Shown here: positions 53,776 through 64,000 of the stretch, piece by piece | Layout of the letters: every line of letters starts with the position of its first letter | Numbering within the stretch: the first letter of the stretch is position 1 | Assembly (NCBI GenBank): GCA_963833985.1 | Contig: CAWIAD010000002.1 | Coordinates: 1,120,001 to 1,184,000 of the forward strand | Origin: an uncultured Planctomycetaceae bacterium | GTDB lineage: Bacteria > Planctomycetota > Planctomycetia > Isosphaerales > Isosphaeraceae | Length of the DNA: 64,000 bases | Direction of reading: 5' to 3' | Notes under the pieces: model-generated | What the model saw: only the letters and a program-made list of their open reading frames with translations | What the model was told of the DNA's origin: nothing | Database searches by the model: none | Program-made: the position numbers and the translations under genes

Positions 53776-56700
53776 ATGGAAGAACCTGCCCCATTGACTG
53801 CTCCGAACATGACAGCCTCATGGCGGCAGGAACCGCGCGGGCACCCCGGCGAGGTCCACGCGCGACGGCTGAAGAGAAGGACCTGGACGCTGCTCGCGGC
53901 GCTGGCCGTGGCGCTCGGGGCACTGCTGAGCCTGACCTCGTTCTTTCGCGTGCGCCCCTATCCGGCATTCTTGCCGATCGTGGTCGGGGGCATGCAGGAG
54001 CCCGGCGGCGCCCTGGCGTTTGCGGACGCGGACCTGGCAGCCCTTGCGCGACGGGGATTGTTTGCACGAACAATCGGTGATCCCGCGCCACTCGGTCCGA
54101 CCGATACGATCGCCCATCGGCTCGAACGACTGGGCGAGGTGAGCGCACGCGAATCGCTCGTGGTTCTGCTGATGGCCCCGGCGCGCGTTGGGCCAGGCGG
54201 GCAGGTCGAAGTCCTCGGGACCGGGGCGAAAGGGGATGGCCCTGGCCGCTGGATCGCATTTCGTGAGATCCTCGCCCGGGTCTCGGCCTGCCCGGCTCGG
54301 CATCGTCTGGTGGTGCTGGACGTCATGCGGCCGATGGCTGACCCGATCCGGGGAATCCTCGCGGATGACGTGGCCGGACGGATTTCCCAGGAGCTCGAAG
54401 CCGCGGCGACAACCGATCAAGGAGTCTTCGTGCTCTCCGCCTGCGAACGCGGACAGCAGTCGTGGGCGTCGGAAGAGCTGGGGCGATCGGTCTTCGGGCT
54501 CGCGGTCGAGCAAGGCTTGCGAGGGCTGGCTGATTCCGAAGGGGGCGACGGCGACGGCCGGGTGACGGTGCGCGAGCTGTCCCGCTACGTGATGCGCAGG
54601 ACACACGCCTGGGTCTGGCACAACCGGCAAGCCCGGCAAACTCCTGTTCTGCTCGAGAAGGGGCGGATGCATGAACGGCTTGTGGACTTCGCTCTGGCGC
54701 GTCGGGCTCGTCTCGACGCGGCTGACGGACAGGAGCCCGTCGCACCCGAGGCACGCAGCTATCCCGACTGGCTCAAGGCCGCCTGGGCGAGGCGAGACGG
54801 CCTGCTGGCCGACGGTACCGCACGCCTGGTGCCCCGGGCACTCCGTCTCTTGAACGCAGGTCTGCTGGCCGCGGAGCAGGACTGGCGGGCGGGGGTCGAT
54901 CCTGAACAGGTTCAACGTCAGTTCGAGGCGGACTCCGCCAGGCTCGCCCCGCTCTTCCAGCGGGTGAAGTCCGAGCAACGGCTGCCCCTGCGATCATTGG
55001 CACTCGCGGAGCGCCAGGGGCAGGTGGCCGATCCGGCGGTCAAGGCCGCCATGGCCGACCTGCTGAAGAAACGGGCGCGCCCGGCCATTGGGCTCAAGCC
55101 CGAGGAAGCCGCGGCCGCCGGGGCCCGGTTGCTTGCCGATTTCCTGGCGGCGACGCAGGACAAGGGTGATTTCGATGTGGCCTCCACGGTCTTCTCGGCC
55201 GTCGCCGACACGCCGGTACCGGTGCCCGAGACGGTCCTGTCCCTGGAGGGCCTGCTGCGGGCGCGTCAGCCCACGGTGAACTGGGTGGAGATCCTCAGTC
55301 TGCACCGGCTGGCCGAGCGTGCCGAGGCGATCGTGCAAGGAAGGCTCAGTCCTCAGACCTGGAAACCGGCCACAGTCCGGAAATTGCTCGAGGTCGTTCG
55401 TGAAGGCGAGCGCGCCCACGCCCGCGCGGGTTCTCCGCACTGGGTCCATCCCTGGCTGGACGCGGCCGCCCAGGCGCGGCACCTCGGCGAGGTCGCTTTC
55501 GATGCGGCGGGCTACGTTCCGCCCGAACAGGCGGACGGGTATCTCGATCGCGCGGCGGACCTGTATTCGGCCGTGCGTGCGGCACAGGATCGATTTCAAA
55601 ACGCGGTACGGCTGCGTGACGAGGCCGCGGATCTCTTGCCCGACGACTTGCCCTACCTCGATGAGGCTCCGGGGTTGTTGAACGCATGGTCTGATGCCGT
55701 GTCCGCCTTCGAGGCGCTGGACGCGGCGATTGCGGTCTCGCCGGTTGAGAAGAAAACAATGGACGGGGCCGAACCGACGGGTCAGGTGCCGGGACTCGAG
55801 GTCTTGCGTGCCGGGAGCGATCGCATCGATCGCCTCAACGCCGGGCTGAGCTCTTCCCTCGACCGCCTTCGACAGCCATTCCAGAAGGACACCATCGTCG
55901 GCCTCGTGGCTCGAGCCAGGGAGCCGAGGGCCGACTCGGCAACCTGGCGCGACATCGCCTCGCGGTTCGTTTCTCCGATCGCCACCGCCGAGCAGCGAGC
56001 CTTGCTCTGGAGTGCCGCTCACGAGCTGGCGGAGCGGCTGGATCGTGCAACTCCCTGGGAGGTCCCGCTTGCCGCAGTTGCCGGTGACACGGGTGCCGAG
56101 CCTTTCCCCGTGCTGCTCGCGCGCGGCCTGACCCGCCGCGCCACGGAGGCGGTGGGGTTACTGAAACTGGCCGGGCTCGAGGCCCGAAAGGCAGCCATCT
56201 TCGAGGAAGCGATCGTCAGGATCACGAGGCAGAGTGAAGATGAGGGCCGGTCGATTCCTCTGGACCAGAGAATCGACTGGTCCCAATGCGGGGAGGAGCT
56301 GCATCACGCCTGGGTTGAGCTGATCAACATACCGGAACACGGCGATCTTGCCCGGCGGTCTCGACTTGTCCGGATACTTCCCGGCTCCATCCGGGCGACC
56401 CCCCTGGACCTTGGAATTGACGATCCCGTGGCGGAGGCACGCAGGCGGAACGCCCATGCCTTGCAGGCCTGGCTCGCAGACTGGTTCCGGTACGTCGGCA
56501 CTGATCTGGAGATGGATTTCTTCCTGGTCGCGGCCCAGGAGTATCGCCGCGGCGTCGAGTCGCTGACGCTCCGTCCCACGGCGACCTGGACCGGTCCCGT
56601 CGAGCCGCCCATGCTGGCAGAGAACTCGCCTCAGGCATCGCTCGATCTGACGCTGGAGCTTGCCGCGGACTCCGCCGAGATGGGTGCGGGAGCGACCCCG

Positions 56701-58797
56701 ACCCCGAACGCGCCCGCCTTGCGCGCCGATCCTGGTGCGTGTGCTCCAGCCAGTGCGTGACTGGCTCGGCGTGAGCCTCGATGCCGTGCACGGCCTGAAC
56801 CTGGGAGATCCTGCACGAATCGTTACCGGCGAAGGTGCGGGCCAGTACGTGATCACTCCGGCGCAGCCGGGACCGATCCCCTTGCGGCTGCAATTGACGA
56901 CGCGCGGCACTCGAGTTGAGGTGCCTCGGGCCTTTGAGACCCACGCTCTGCCGCCGGCGGGAATCCTCCTCCAGGCGGAGGTTCAGGGGCGAGTCTTCTC
57001 GCGGAGGATGCCGGTCGTTGTCCGAAGCCCGGCGGATGCGTTCCGGATCATACTGGGAGATGAGGCACAGGATCAGGCGGGCGCGCGAAAAACGGTGCAG
57101 CTCAGGCCGCTCCCCGGCCGGCAAAGGCTGCCCCTGCGGATCAAGAACCCGACCGCTTCCGCCCAGGAAGTCATCATCGAGCTACGGCGAGGCCCGGACG
57201 ATGCCGGTCCCGTTGTTGCCAGCCCGCGCATGACGATTGCTCCGTTCGCGACTCAACCCGTGGCGTTCACCGTTCCGGCGTCAGACGGTGCGCCGTCCGG
57301 AGCTGCGTCCGCGGTGGGCTCGTCGACCGGACCGGCCGCCGGGCCGGGCCCAGGTTCCGGAGCCAGTGCCCCTGGGCCGCCTCCGCTTGCCGAGCTGGAA
57401 GGTCCTCTGGAGTTCCGGGTGCTTGACGCCAAACGGCCCGAAGTTGTGCTCGGCCAGCGCGTGGTGCTGGTCGAGGTGGCCGCTCCGAGCGATTATGTTC
57501 GGGTACACGATGCGTCGCTCACCCCTGCGCGGCCCGTGGCGAAGGAGCCGAACCGGCTGAGCGTGTCGCTGCGATCCTTGCTTCCTCCATCCGACCCCGC
57601 GACGGCGGTCGAGCTGGTGCTCCGGCGCGAGCGAATTCCTGGATTCCTGGGCGTGGACAAGGGGGTGCTACGCGGCAAGCTGCCGGCGGGCGGCGAGCTG
57701 AAGCTGACGGCCGAGGCGTTGAATCTCGATCCCGCGGCCGCCGGTGACGGAGTGATCGAGGTGACTGTCGATGGCGTCCCGCGTGCCCTCCTTCTGAGGG
57801 CCGCGTTCGCGGGAATCCGGGATGTGTCGATCCCGCTCAACGAGGAAGCGGTCGCGCTGCGGCTGAGGTCACCGGCCATGGCCCGCACCGGCGCGCCGGT
57901 TCCCGTGGTCCTGGAAGTGGACAACGCGCCCGAAGGGGCTGCGCTCGAGCTGAGTCTGGGACGTACGCTCTCGGGGCGGTTCGAACCGATCCAGTCCTGG
58001 CGATACCAGGGGCGCACTGCGCGCGGATCGGGATGGACACGGCCGCACCCGGTGGCGGCTTGCAATTCGAGGCGAGCCTGGGGGACTGGCGCCAGGTCAT
58101 CGATACGGCGGGATTGAGGGGCCGGTTCCCCCTGCGTGCGCGGTTGCGTCGGAGCGATGGGTCGATCCTCAAGGAGGTGGAGCAAGAGCTCCTGCTCGAC
58201 GACCAGGCGCCCCGGTGGATCAGCCTGGTCGGCCTGCCGCGGCGTGCCAGACGGGGTCGGACTCTGGCGGTCGCCGCGATCGGCGAGTCCCCGCCTGCCG
58301 GCATCTCGTCCGCACAGTTCTTCATCGGCAAGCCGACGCCAGATGGCAAGATGCCGGCCGGGGCGGTCCTGGTACCCGGGATACGCCAGCCGGGCACGAC
58401 CGAGCGCTGGCTGGCCGAGTTGAAACTGCCCGCCGACAAGAGCGAGTCCGAGGCGGCGATCAGCGTGCGGTTCGTGACCGGAGCGGGGATCGAAGCCTTG
58501 GAGACGGCTTCGGTCGAGCTGGCCGACACGGACCCTGTTGCCACTGGTTCCGTGCGCGGAGTGGTTCGAGAAGGATCACTTGCGCAGAAGGATCTGGTGG
58601 TGGGTCTCTTCGATCCCAAGGGGAACAAGCTGCGTGAGGCCCGCACTTCCGATACCGGCTCGTTCCGTTTCGACGACCTGCCACCCGGCCTGTACTACCT
58701 GACCAGCGGGCGGCCGGTCGCCGCGACCAAAGGCCAGGCAAAGGCCGAGGTGAAGCCTGACCATACCGCCGAGGTGACGATCTCCCTCTATCGCTGA
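53776..58797 (+). CDS. Large (~1,670 aa) membrane-anchored protein: caspase-like (C14) domain, helical region, beta-sandwich region, C-terminal carboxypeptidase-regulatory-like domain; indels at ~56710 and ~58020
   Basis: Three overlapping ORFs (53776..56760, 56660..58117, 58033..58797); VLSACERGQQSW...SVF...GLRGLAD...DGRVTVREL...QTP; terminal GSVRGVV...TSDTGSFRFDDLPPGLY. Confidence 0.7.
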
Positions 58798-58954
58798 GTC
58801 CGCAAGGGTTCAGCCCATGAAGTCCAACGGGGCCGCCATGTTCCTCCAGCGGTAAACGGGTCCAGCCATGTTCTTCCCGAAGTTCTGGACGAAGGGGTCC
58901 TTGCCCGGTACGTCTGGCCATCATGAGAACGACCCTGTCGACGTCCGTCCTGCT

Positions 58955-59150
58955 GCTGCTGCGGTCGCCGTGAGGCGAAAGAACTCGCTGCTCCTGAGGA
59001 GCGACCGCGGGGGCCGGACGGCGGCTGTGCTGAGAAGCCTGGTGCAGTCGCGCAAGCGTCTGGGGAACTGGCGGTTCGCCACCTGCGCAACGTGCTCGAC
59101 CGAGTCAGCTCCCACCCGGCCAGTCGGAGAGACGGCCTGCGGCCAGACCG
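58955..59150 (+). pseudogene. IS66 transposase (TnpC) C-terminal relic
   Basis: AVAVRRKNSLLLRSDRGGRTAAVLRSLVQSRKRLG, then (shifted) LRNVLDRVSSHPASR; matches the IS66 pattern GRKNWLFAGSDxGGxxAAxxYSLIxTCK...YLxDVL. Confidence 0.75.
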
Positions 59151-60412
59151 CCCAGTGCTGCCGCATTCGGCTGACTCCGGCCGCAGCGCGTCGTGCCGCA
59201 GGCGACGCAGGTCAGAACAGCCAGGAGGGTGATGAGCCAAAAGGGGTGCGACGCGACAGCTTCGATGATGGGGACGATCGGGTTGACCCAGCCGAAGGCC
59301 CGCTCCACCAGCCATGCGGTCGCTGCGGTGCCGGTGAGTGCGGCCCCAACGATGCGAAACGGCCCATAGATGCGCGAGCGAGCGAGCAGCACAAGCCAGG
59401 GCATCGCGGTCAGGATGACCAGAAGCTGGAAGGCTTCGATCCCGAGATTGAAACCCAGCACGCTCGAAACCATCGTCAAGGGGTCGAGCCCGAAGCCGGT
59501 CAGTGTCGTCGCGAACGCCAGTCCGTGTACCAGTCCGAACCCGCCGGCGATGAAGATTTCCCGGCCCCGGAAGATCGGGACCAGGGCATGGACGGCCGAG
59601 ACCAGGATCGAAATGGCGATGGCCGACTCGACGTGGGCACCGGCGGCGTGGACCCACTCCAACGCCCCGAACAGGAGCGTGATCGAGTGGCCCACGGTGA
59701 ACGCGGTCACGACCCTGACAATCCGCCGCAGGGCCGTCCTTCCGCCGGCATACCCGCCCCAGCGCCCGCCTGTCGCGACGAGGGGCGCCGGCAGGATCAG
59801 CGCGAGCAGGAACAGGAGATGGTCCGTCCCCTCGGCGATGTGGCGTGTCCCGAGCCGGAACATGGCGGCGAACCCCCGGAACCAGCTCCCCCCGGAGCGG
59901 TCGATGGCGATCTCGGGAGTGGTGTCCCGCATCGTCCCCAGGAGCACCGGCTGCTCATCCAGGACCCCGTTGCGCCAGTCGCTGGCCAGGGTGACCACCG
60001 CGGTGTGAGTGATCAGGTGGTGGAAGATCACATCGTAGTGGAAGGTGAGCCGGTCCGCGGGCGCGCCGGCTGGCGGGGTCATCGTCAACGTGACCCGCAC
60101 GTCGGGGTCCTTTTCCTCGACCGGGGTGACCTCGCGCAAAGTCACCGCCCAGGGCCGCCCGTCGGGTGTCGATGCGCGGATGTGCTGGAGCACGTAGCCC
60201 TTCATTTCCTCGCCGTACTGCTGCACCGTGCGGACGGAGTCCGTGGGTAACGGCTTCTCCCAGCCCACCGCCAGCTCGCCGATCGGCAGCGTCAGTTCAG
60301 CGCTGATCTCGGCGCGATGGACGCGCAACACGACGGCCGAGTTCGGCATGGGATGGGCCCATGCCGGCCGCGCCGCCATCAGGAGCAGGAGGGCCGGGAG
60401 AAGTCGTTTCAT
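59105..60412 (-). CDS. HupE/UreJ family membrane protein
   Basis: Signal AWAHPMP; HIAEGTDHLLFL, TAFTVGHSITL, FGLVHGLAFA, FNLGIE. Confidence 0.9.
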   Translation of the reverse strand: MKRLLPALLLLMAARPAWAHPMPNSAVVLRVHRAEISAELTLPIGELAVGWEKPLPTDSVRTVQQYGEEMKGYVLQHIRASTPDGRPWAVTLREVTPVEEKDPDVRVTLTMTPPAGAPADRLTFHYDVIFHHLITHTAVVTLASDWRNGVLDEQPVLLGTMRDTTPEIAIDRSGGSWFRGFAAMFRLGTRHIAEGTDHLLFLLALILPAPLVATGGRWGGYAGGRTALRRIVRVVTAFTVGHSITLLFGALEWVHAAGAHVESAIAISILVSAVHALVPIFRGREIFIAGGFGLVHGLAFATTLTGFGLDPLTMVSSVLGFNLGIEAFQLLVILTAMPWLVLLARSRIYGPFRIVGAALTGTAATAWLVERAFGWVNPIVPIIEAVASHPFWLITLLAVLTCVACGTTRCGRSQPNAAALGGLAAGRLSDWPGGS

Positions 60413-60419
60413 GGCTGCC

Positions 60420-61571
60420 TCAGAAAGAGAATTCGGCGCCGTAATCGGTCAGCCGGTCTCGCCAGATCGTGTGGACATGGTCGCTGCCCTGGACGGCGAA
60501 CTCGATCCAGACGCGCGGCCCGTCGAGGCGCACGTAGTCGCCCCGACTGCTCCCGCTCATGGACCCCGAGTAGGCGACCATCACCCGGTCCAGCTCGGCC
60601 TCGTAGATTTTGCGATATTCGGCGGCCTGGGGGCTATCGCCCGTCCACGCGGCGATCGCCTTCTTGACGAACTCTTTCGAGGCATCGGGAAGCTCTGAGA
60701 CGGGGACCCCCTCGCTCTTCGCCGGGAACTGGCCGTCCTTGCCGGGGCCCACATAGACGTCGTTGAAACGCGCCTCAAGCTTCGCACGCTTCGATTGCTC
60801 GGGCGTGAGTGAGGCAAGCAGCCCTTGCAGCGACTCACGCATCGGGGCGAGCGGCTCGTGCGTCTTGCCCTGATCGTCCTTCCACACTGTCGGCTGCGCG
60901 GCAACGTGGTAAGGGGTCGCCGCGCCGGTCGTCCCCTTGTAGTAGATGTTGATGGCGAGGTGGTGGCCGCCGAACTGGAGGATCCAGGGCATGGTCTTCG
61001 ACGGCTTGCCGAGGAACGCGATCATGTAGTTTTCCGATCCGAAATTGAACCCGCCGCCCGGCCCGCCGGGGCCGCCACCCTTTCTTTGGGCGGGACCACC
61101 CGGCCCACCAGCACCTCCCCCGCGGCCCCCGCGGCCTCCGGGGCCACGGCCGCCACGCCCCTTGGCGAAGGCGTCATCGGTCGCGCGGACCTCCTGGTAT
61201 CGTGCGAAACCCACCTCTCCCAGGGCGACGCGGGCGACCTTCAGCGCTGCCTCGACCTGGGCTGGCTTGAGGTCGCGAAAGAACACACCGTTGCGCACAT
61301 TCGACCCACCGGGAAAGTTCGTCCACCGGACGGCGAGTCTCGGCGTGAGCTCGATCTGGGCGATCGCCCGCTGCTCCGCCGAGAGCGTCGCCAGGAACGC
61401 CTCTCCGGCGTCCACGACGTCGGCCACCTGCGGCGATGCGGGTAGATCCTGGCGGGGCGCGGGGGCCTGGGCAACGGCCTCGGGTGCAGAAGAGGCGAAG
61501 TTGCTCGCGAGCAATCCGAGCAACAACGCGCCCGCTGTCGCGGTGAGGGTAAGAAAGGCCGGCCTGTTCAT
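60420..61571 (-). CDS. DUF3500 domain-containing protein with Gly-rich insert
   Basis: AFLATLSAEQR, WTNFP, WILQFGGHHLAIN, YVRLDGPRVWIEF, HVHTIWRD...DYG. Confidence 0.85.
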   Translation of the reverse strand: MNRPAFLTLTATAGALLLGLLASNFASSAPEAVAQAPAPRQDLPASPQVADVVDAGEAFLATLSAEQRAIAQIELTPRLAVRWTNFPGGSNVRNGVFFRDLKPAQVEAALKVARVALGEVGFARYQEVRATDDAFAKGRGGRGPGGRGGRGGGAGGPGGPAQRKGGGPGGPGGGFNFGSENYMIAFLGKPSKTMPWILQFGGHHLAINIYYKGTTGAATPYHVAAQPTVWKDDQGKTHEPLAPMRESLQGLLASLTPEQSKRAKLEARFNDVYVGPGKDGQFPAKSEGVPVSELPDASKEFVKKAIAAWTGDSPQAAEYRKIYEAELDRVMVAYSGSMSGSSRGDYVRLDGPRVWIEFAVQGSDHVHTIWRDRLTDYGAEFSF

Positions 61572-61909
61572 GCAACGCTCTCCTGTTCTGTTTCGCTCTG
61601 AGAAAGGAAGTGAAAATGGCATCCCGGGACGCGGTCGCGCGGCCTGCACCGGCGCCAGAATATGGTCGGCACGGCCAGGGGCAGATGATCGCTCGACGAA
61701 CCAGGCCATTCGGAGGTCGGACCGTCGTACTCGAGACGATAGCGTCCGTGCCCGTCGCCGGGGCGTCGAGAATCCCTAAAATCCTCTTTATCCACGCCGC
61801 TCGGTCCGTTTTCCGGATGCGTCCTGTCGGCTTTCCGCCGATCAGCACACCTTCGCCCTGAAAGACGACCTGCAATGGAAGCTTTCGGACGACCAGCGGC
61901 ACCGCTGCC

Positions 61910-62893
61910 TCAGCGCGGCGCCCGCACGTTCTCGCCTTCAAGGGCACTCATTATCCGTGAAACCTGGGCGAGACGGTCCTCGAAAGCGGCTCGCTGCTCC
62001 TCGAGACTGGCACGTAGGTCTGCAATCTCGGTTTCCAGCCGATCCACTCGTTGCGTATCAAGTCTCTCCTCGAGAAGTCGATACGCGTCGTCGGCCTTGG
62101 CATGGAGGTTGGCGATCTGCATTTTCTGCCGCGCGTTGTTCTCGAGATCGCGCTTGTCTCGAAGCCGGTTCTGCTGGTTCAACCCATTCACGACCACCAG
62201 GATGACGGGTGCCTGGATCGCCGCGAGCATCGAGAGCATCAGGATCAGCAGGGTGTACGGAAAGGGATCGAACGGGGGGATGTAAATCGGCCAGGCGATG
62301 CCGCGGCCCAGAATCATCCACAAGGCCAGGATGCCGCCGAAGACCACGAAGAAGAGCCACGAGCCAACGAGCCTGGAAACCCAGCGCGCGAGCTTCATGG
62401 GCCCTGACTCGGTCTGGTCCAGGCGTTCATCGATGTCTGCGTTCGACTGGACCCGTAGGGCCTCCAGCACCGATCGCAGTCGCTTGGAGAGTAAGCCGAG
62501 GAACTCACGGCCAATCTGCGGATAACGCGTCAGCAATTCCTCGAAATGCTGGCGGTCGAGATTCAGCAGTTGCGTTTCCTCCGTGGCGATCGCGGTAAAC
62601 GGACTGGGAGACTCTTCCAGCAGCGCGATCTCGCCGAACTGCTCGCCCTCCCGGCACTCGCGAATCAGCACTCGCTCGCCACGGTCGTTCTCGGTGTAGA
62701 GCAAGACGCGGCCCTTGCGGATCACGTGCATCGTCCGCACATGCTGTCCCGTACGGACAATGGTTGCGCCCACCGCGTACTTGCGGGGGCTGAACCGCTC
62801 CGCCAGGAAGGCAAACTGCTCGTCGTTCAGGATCGCTCGGAACGCCGTGTCGGCGAGCTCGGATCTGTTCACGGGCATGGCCTGGGCCCCCAT
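61910..62893 (-). CDS. Cyclic-nucleotide-binding domain + DUF1003 membrane protein
   Basis: MHVIRKGRV...GEQFGEIALL (cNMP); VGSWLF...FDPFPYTLLILMLSMLAAIQAPVIL (DUF1003); coiled-coil tail. Confidence 0.85.
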   Translation of the reverse strand: MGAQAMPVNRSELADTAFRAILNDEQFAFLAERFSPRKYAVGATIVRTGQHVRTMHVIRKGRVLLYTENDRGERVLIRECREGEQFGEIALLEESPSPFTAIATEETQLLNLDRQHFEELLTRYPQIGREFLGLLSKRLRSVLEALRVQSNADIDERLDQTESGPMKLARWVSRLVGSWLFFVVFGGILALWMILGRGIAWPIYIPPFDPFPYTLLILMLSMLAAIQAPVILVVVNGLNQQNRLRDKRDLENNARQKMQIANLHAKADDAYRLLEERLDTQRVDRLETEIADLRASLEEQRAAFEDRLAQVSRIMSALEGENVRAPR

Positions 62894-62972
62894 GGTCTCT
62901 TGCCGGGCAGGAGAAACACGCTTCAAACCGTGTCTCCCTCGCCCACCTTGATAAGCGAACGATCCGAGCTTG

Positions 62973-64000
62973 CTATTCACCCGCGACCGCGAACAGGGCA
63001 AATTGAAGTGCGACCTGACGATCCTTCCAGTTCACGATGAGCCAGCGCGCGCCCTGGCGCAGCTCATCCGGGTTGCTGATGATGGAGTGATTCAGTCGCA
63101 TGGCCAGCGACTGGTCGTTGTGCACGTCTTTCCATGCGTCGTTCCCGCGGGACACCTCGAAATAGACCCAGTCACGACTGACCGGGAGGGCCCTGGGAAG
63201 ACGTTGCAGGGGAGTGAGGTTCAGCCCCTCGGCGCCCTTGGTGAACAACGATTCGACCTGCCGCCGGCTGCCGAGTTTCCAGTCAAGCTTGCCAGAAAGC
63301 AGCTCGTGGCATTCCTTGTCCGTGAGCTCCCCCCTGTGCACGCCCACGTACCACTGCCAGTTGGATTCGAACCACTTGGTGTCGAGTGTCACCTGCATTC
63401 CGAGTCCCATGCCCACGAAATAGCGTTGCTCGAACTCATAAGTGCGCAGCGCGTTCAGCCTGGTCCTGATCAGGTCCATCAGCTTGTGAAAGATCGTTCC
63501 CAGATCATCGTGATCGTAGGGCGGAATCGCGGGAAGCACCCGGTCGTTGAAAACGGCGATCCGGCCGACGATCTTCGCCATCTCGACGTAGGCAACGAAG
63601 GGATGGACCCCGCGGGCCGTGGCCAGAACGTGGATCGCCGCGTGTGATTCAAAGAGGCGATCGAGCATCAGCAGCCGGGCCAGGTCGCCCGGCTCTCGGC
63701 TATCGAAGGTGACGCCGCGGTTGGCAATCTGGCCGCCCATGTCCTTGATCTTCGTGGCGATGATATCGGCCGTGGCGCGGATGATGTCGTCGCCCAGGCC
63801 CGGCCAGGCATCGGTGGAGAGCGCGGGGGGGATGTAATCGCGGTCAATCCGGGCGCGCCCGCTCTGGGCACTGCTGCGCTCGACACGGGCCAGCGGCAAC
63901 ACCTCGTATCCTTCGCGCTCGTCGTCCTCGGTGAGCAGGTACCAGTGCAGCTTCCTGAACTGGACCGGCTGGACGCTGCCTCCCCGACTTTCATCTTGAA
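62973..64000 (-). CDS. tssK: Type VI secretion baseplate subunit TssK; 5' part beyond the window
   Basis: Frame is open to the edge: QPVQFRKL...GYEVLPLARV, DRDYIPPAL, HPFVAY, PPYDHDDLG, GLNLTPLQRLPRALP...YFEV. Confidence 0.85.
   Translation of the reverse strand, partial: QDESRGGSVQPVQFRKLHWYLLTEDDEREGYEVLPLARVERSSAQSGRARIDRDYIPPALSTDAWPGLGDDIIRATADIIATKIKDMGGQIANRGVTFDSREPGDLARLLMLDRLFESHAAIHVLATARGVHPFVAYVEMAKIVGRIAVFNDRVLPAIPPYDHDDLGTIFHKLMDLIRTRLNALRTYEFEQRYFVGMGLGMQVTLDTKWFESNWQWYVGVHRGELTDKECHELLSGKLDWKLGSRRQVESLFTKGAEGLNLTPLQRLPRALPVSRDWVYFEVSRGNDAWKDVHNDQSLAMRLNHSIISNPDELRQGARWLIVNWKDRQVALQFALFAVAGE

Noticed and set aside
61568..61795. 75-aa ORF containing SDHLPL, reminiscent of the EEP nuclease C-terminal motif
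   Set aside because: A single short motif with no other EEP motifs upstream; may be chance or an unrecognisable relic.

Overview
High-GC bacterial chromosome segment with a strongly planctomycete gene repertoire: two DUF1553/PSD1 + DUF1501 modules, a PVC-type CxxCH heme protein and GTAG-type REP repeats (Isosphaeraceae-like by inference). Layout: (1-23.5 kb) planctomycete-specific secreted modules, GntR, M1 aminopeptidase, nadE and a DUF4139 protein; (23.7-31.4 kb) an accessory hotspot with REP mosaics, a truncated PglZ-like gene, three PIN-type toxin-antitoxin pairs, an IS701 and an IS110-family element; (31.5-38 kb) a nuclease and carbohydrate-active genes; (38-50 kb) a general-stress/NHEJ cluster (Zn-ADH, YciF, SDR, degenerate GGDEF, Cys-rich mini-ORF, two tandem Ku genes, LigD, GH13); (50-64 kb) GH31, AKR, a ~1,670-aa pseudo-caspase-domain protein, an IS66 relic, HupE/UreJ + DUF3500, cNMP-DUF1003 and tssK. 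About ten genes are broken by 1-2 nt indels, most likely long-read assembly errors. The best signal is the IS110 element. Its downstream non-coding region folds by eye into a bridge/seek-RNA-like two-loop structure whose guides spell CCCACC-CT-ACAA. This is the end of the local REP repeat, and the element's intact junction sits at that CT core. All family assignments come from motif recognition by eye; no database searches were run.
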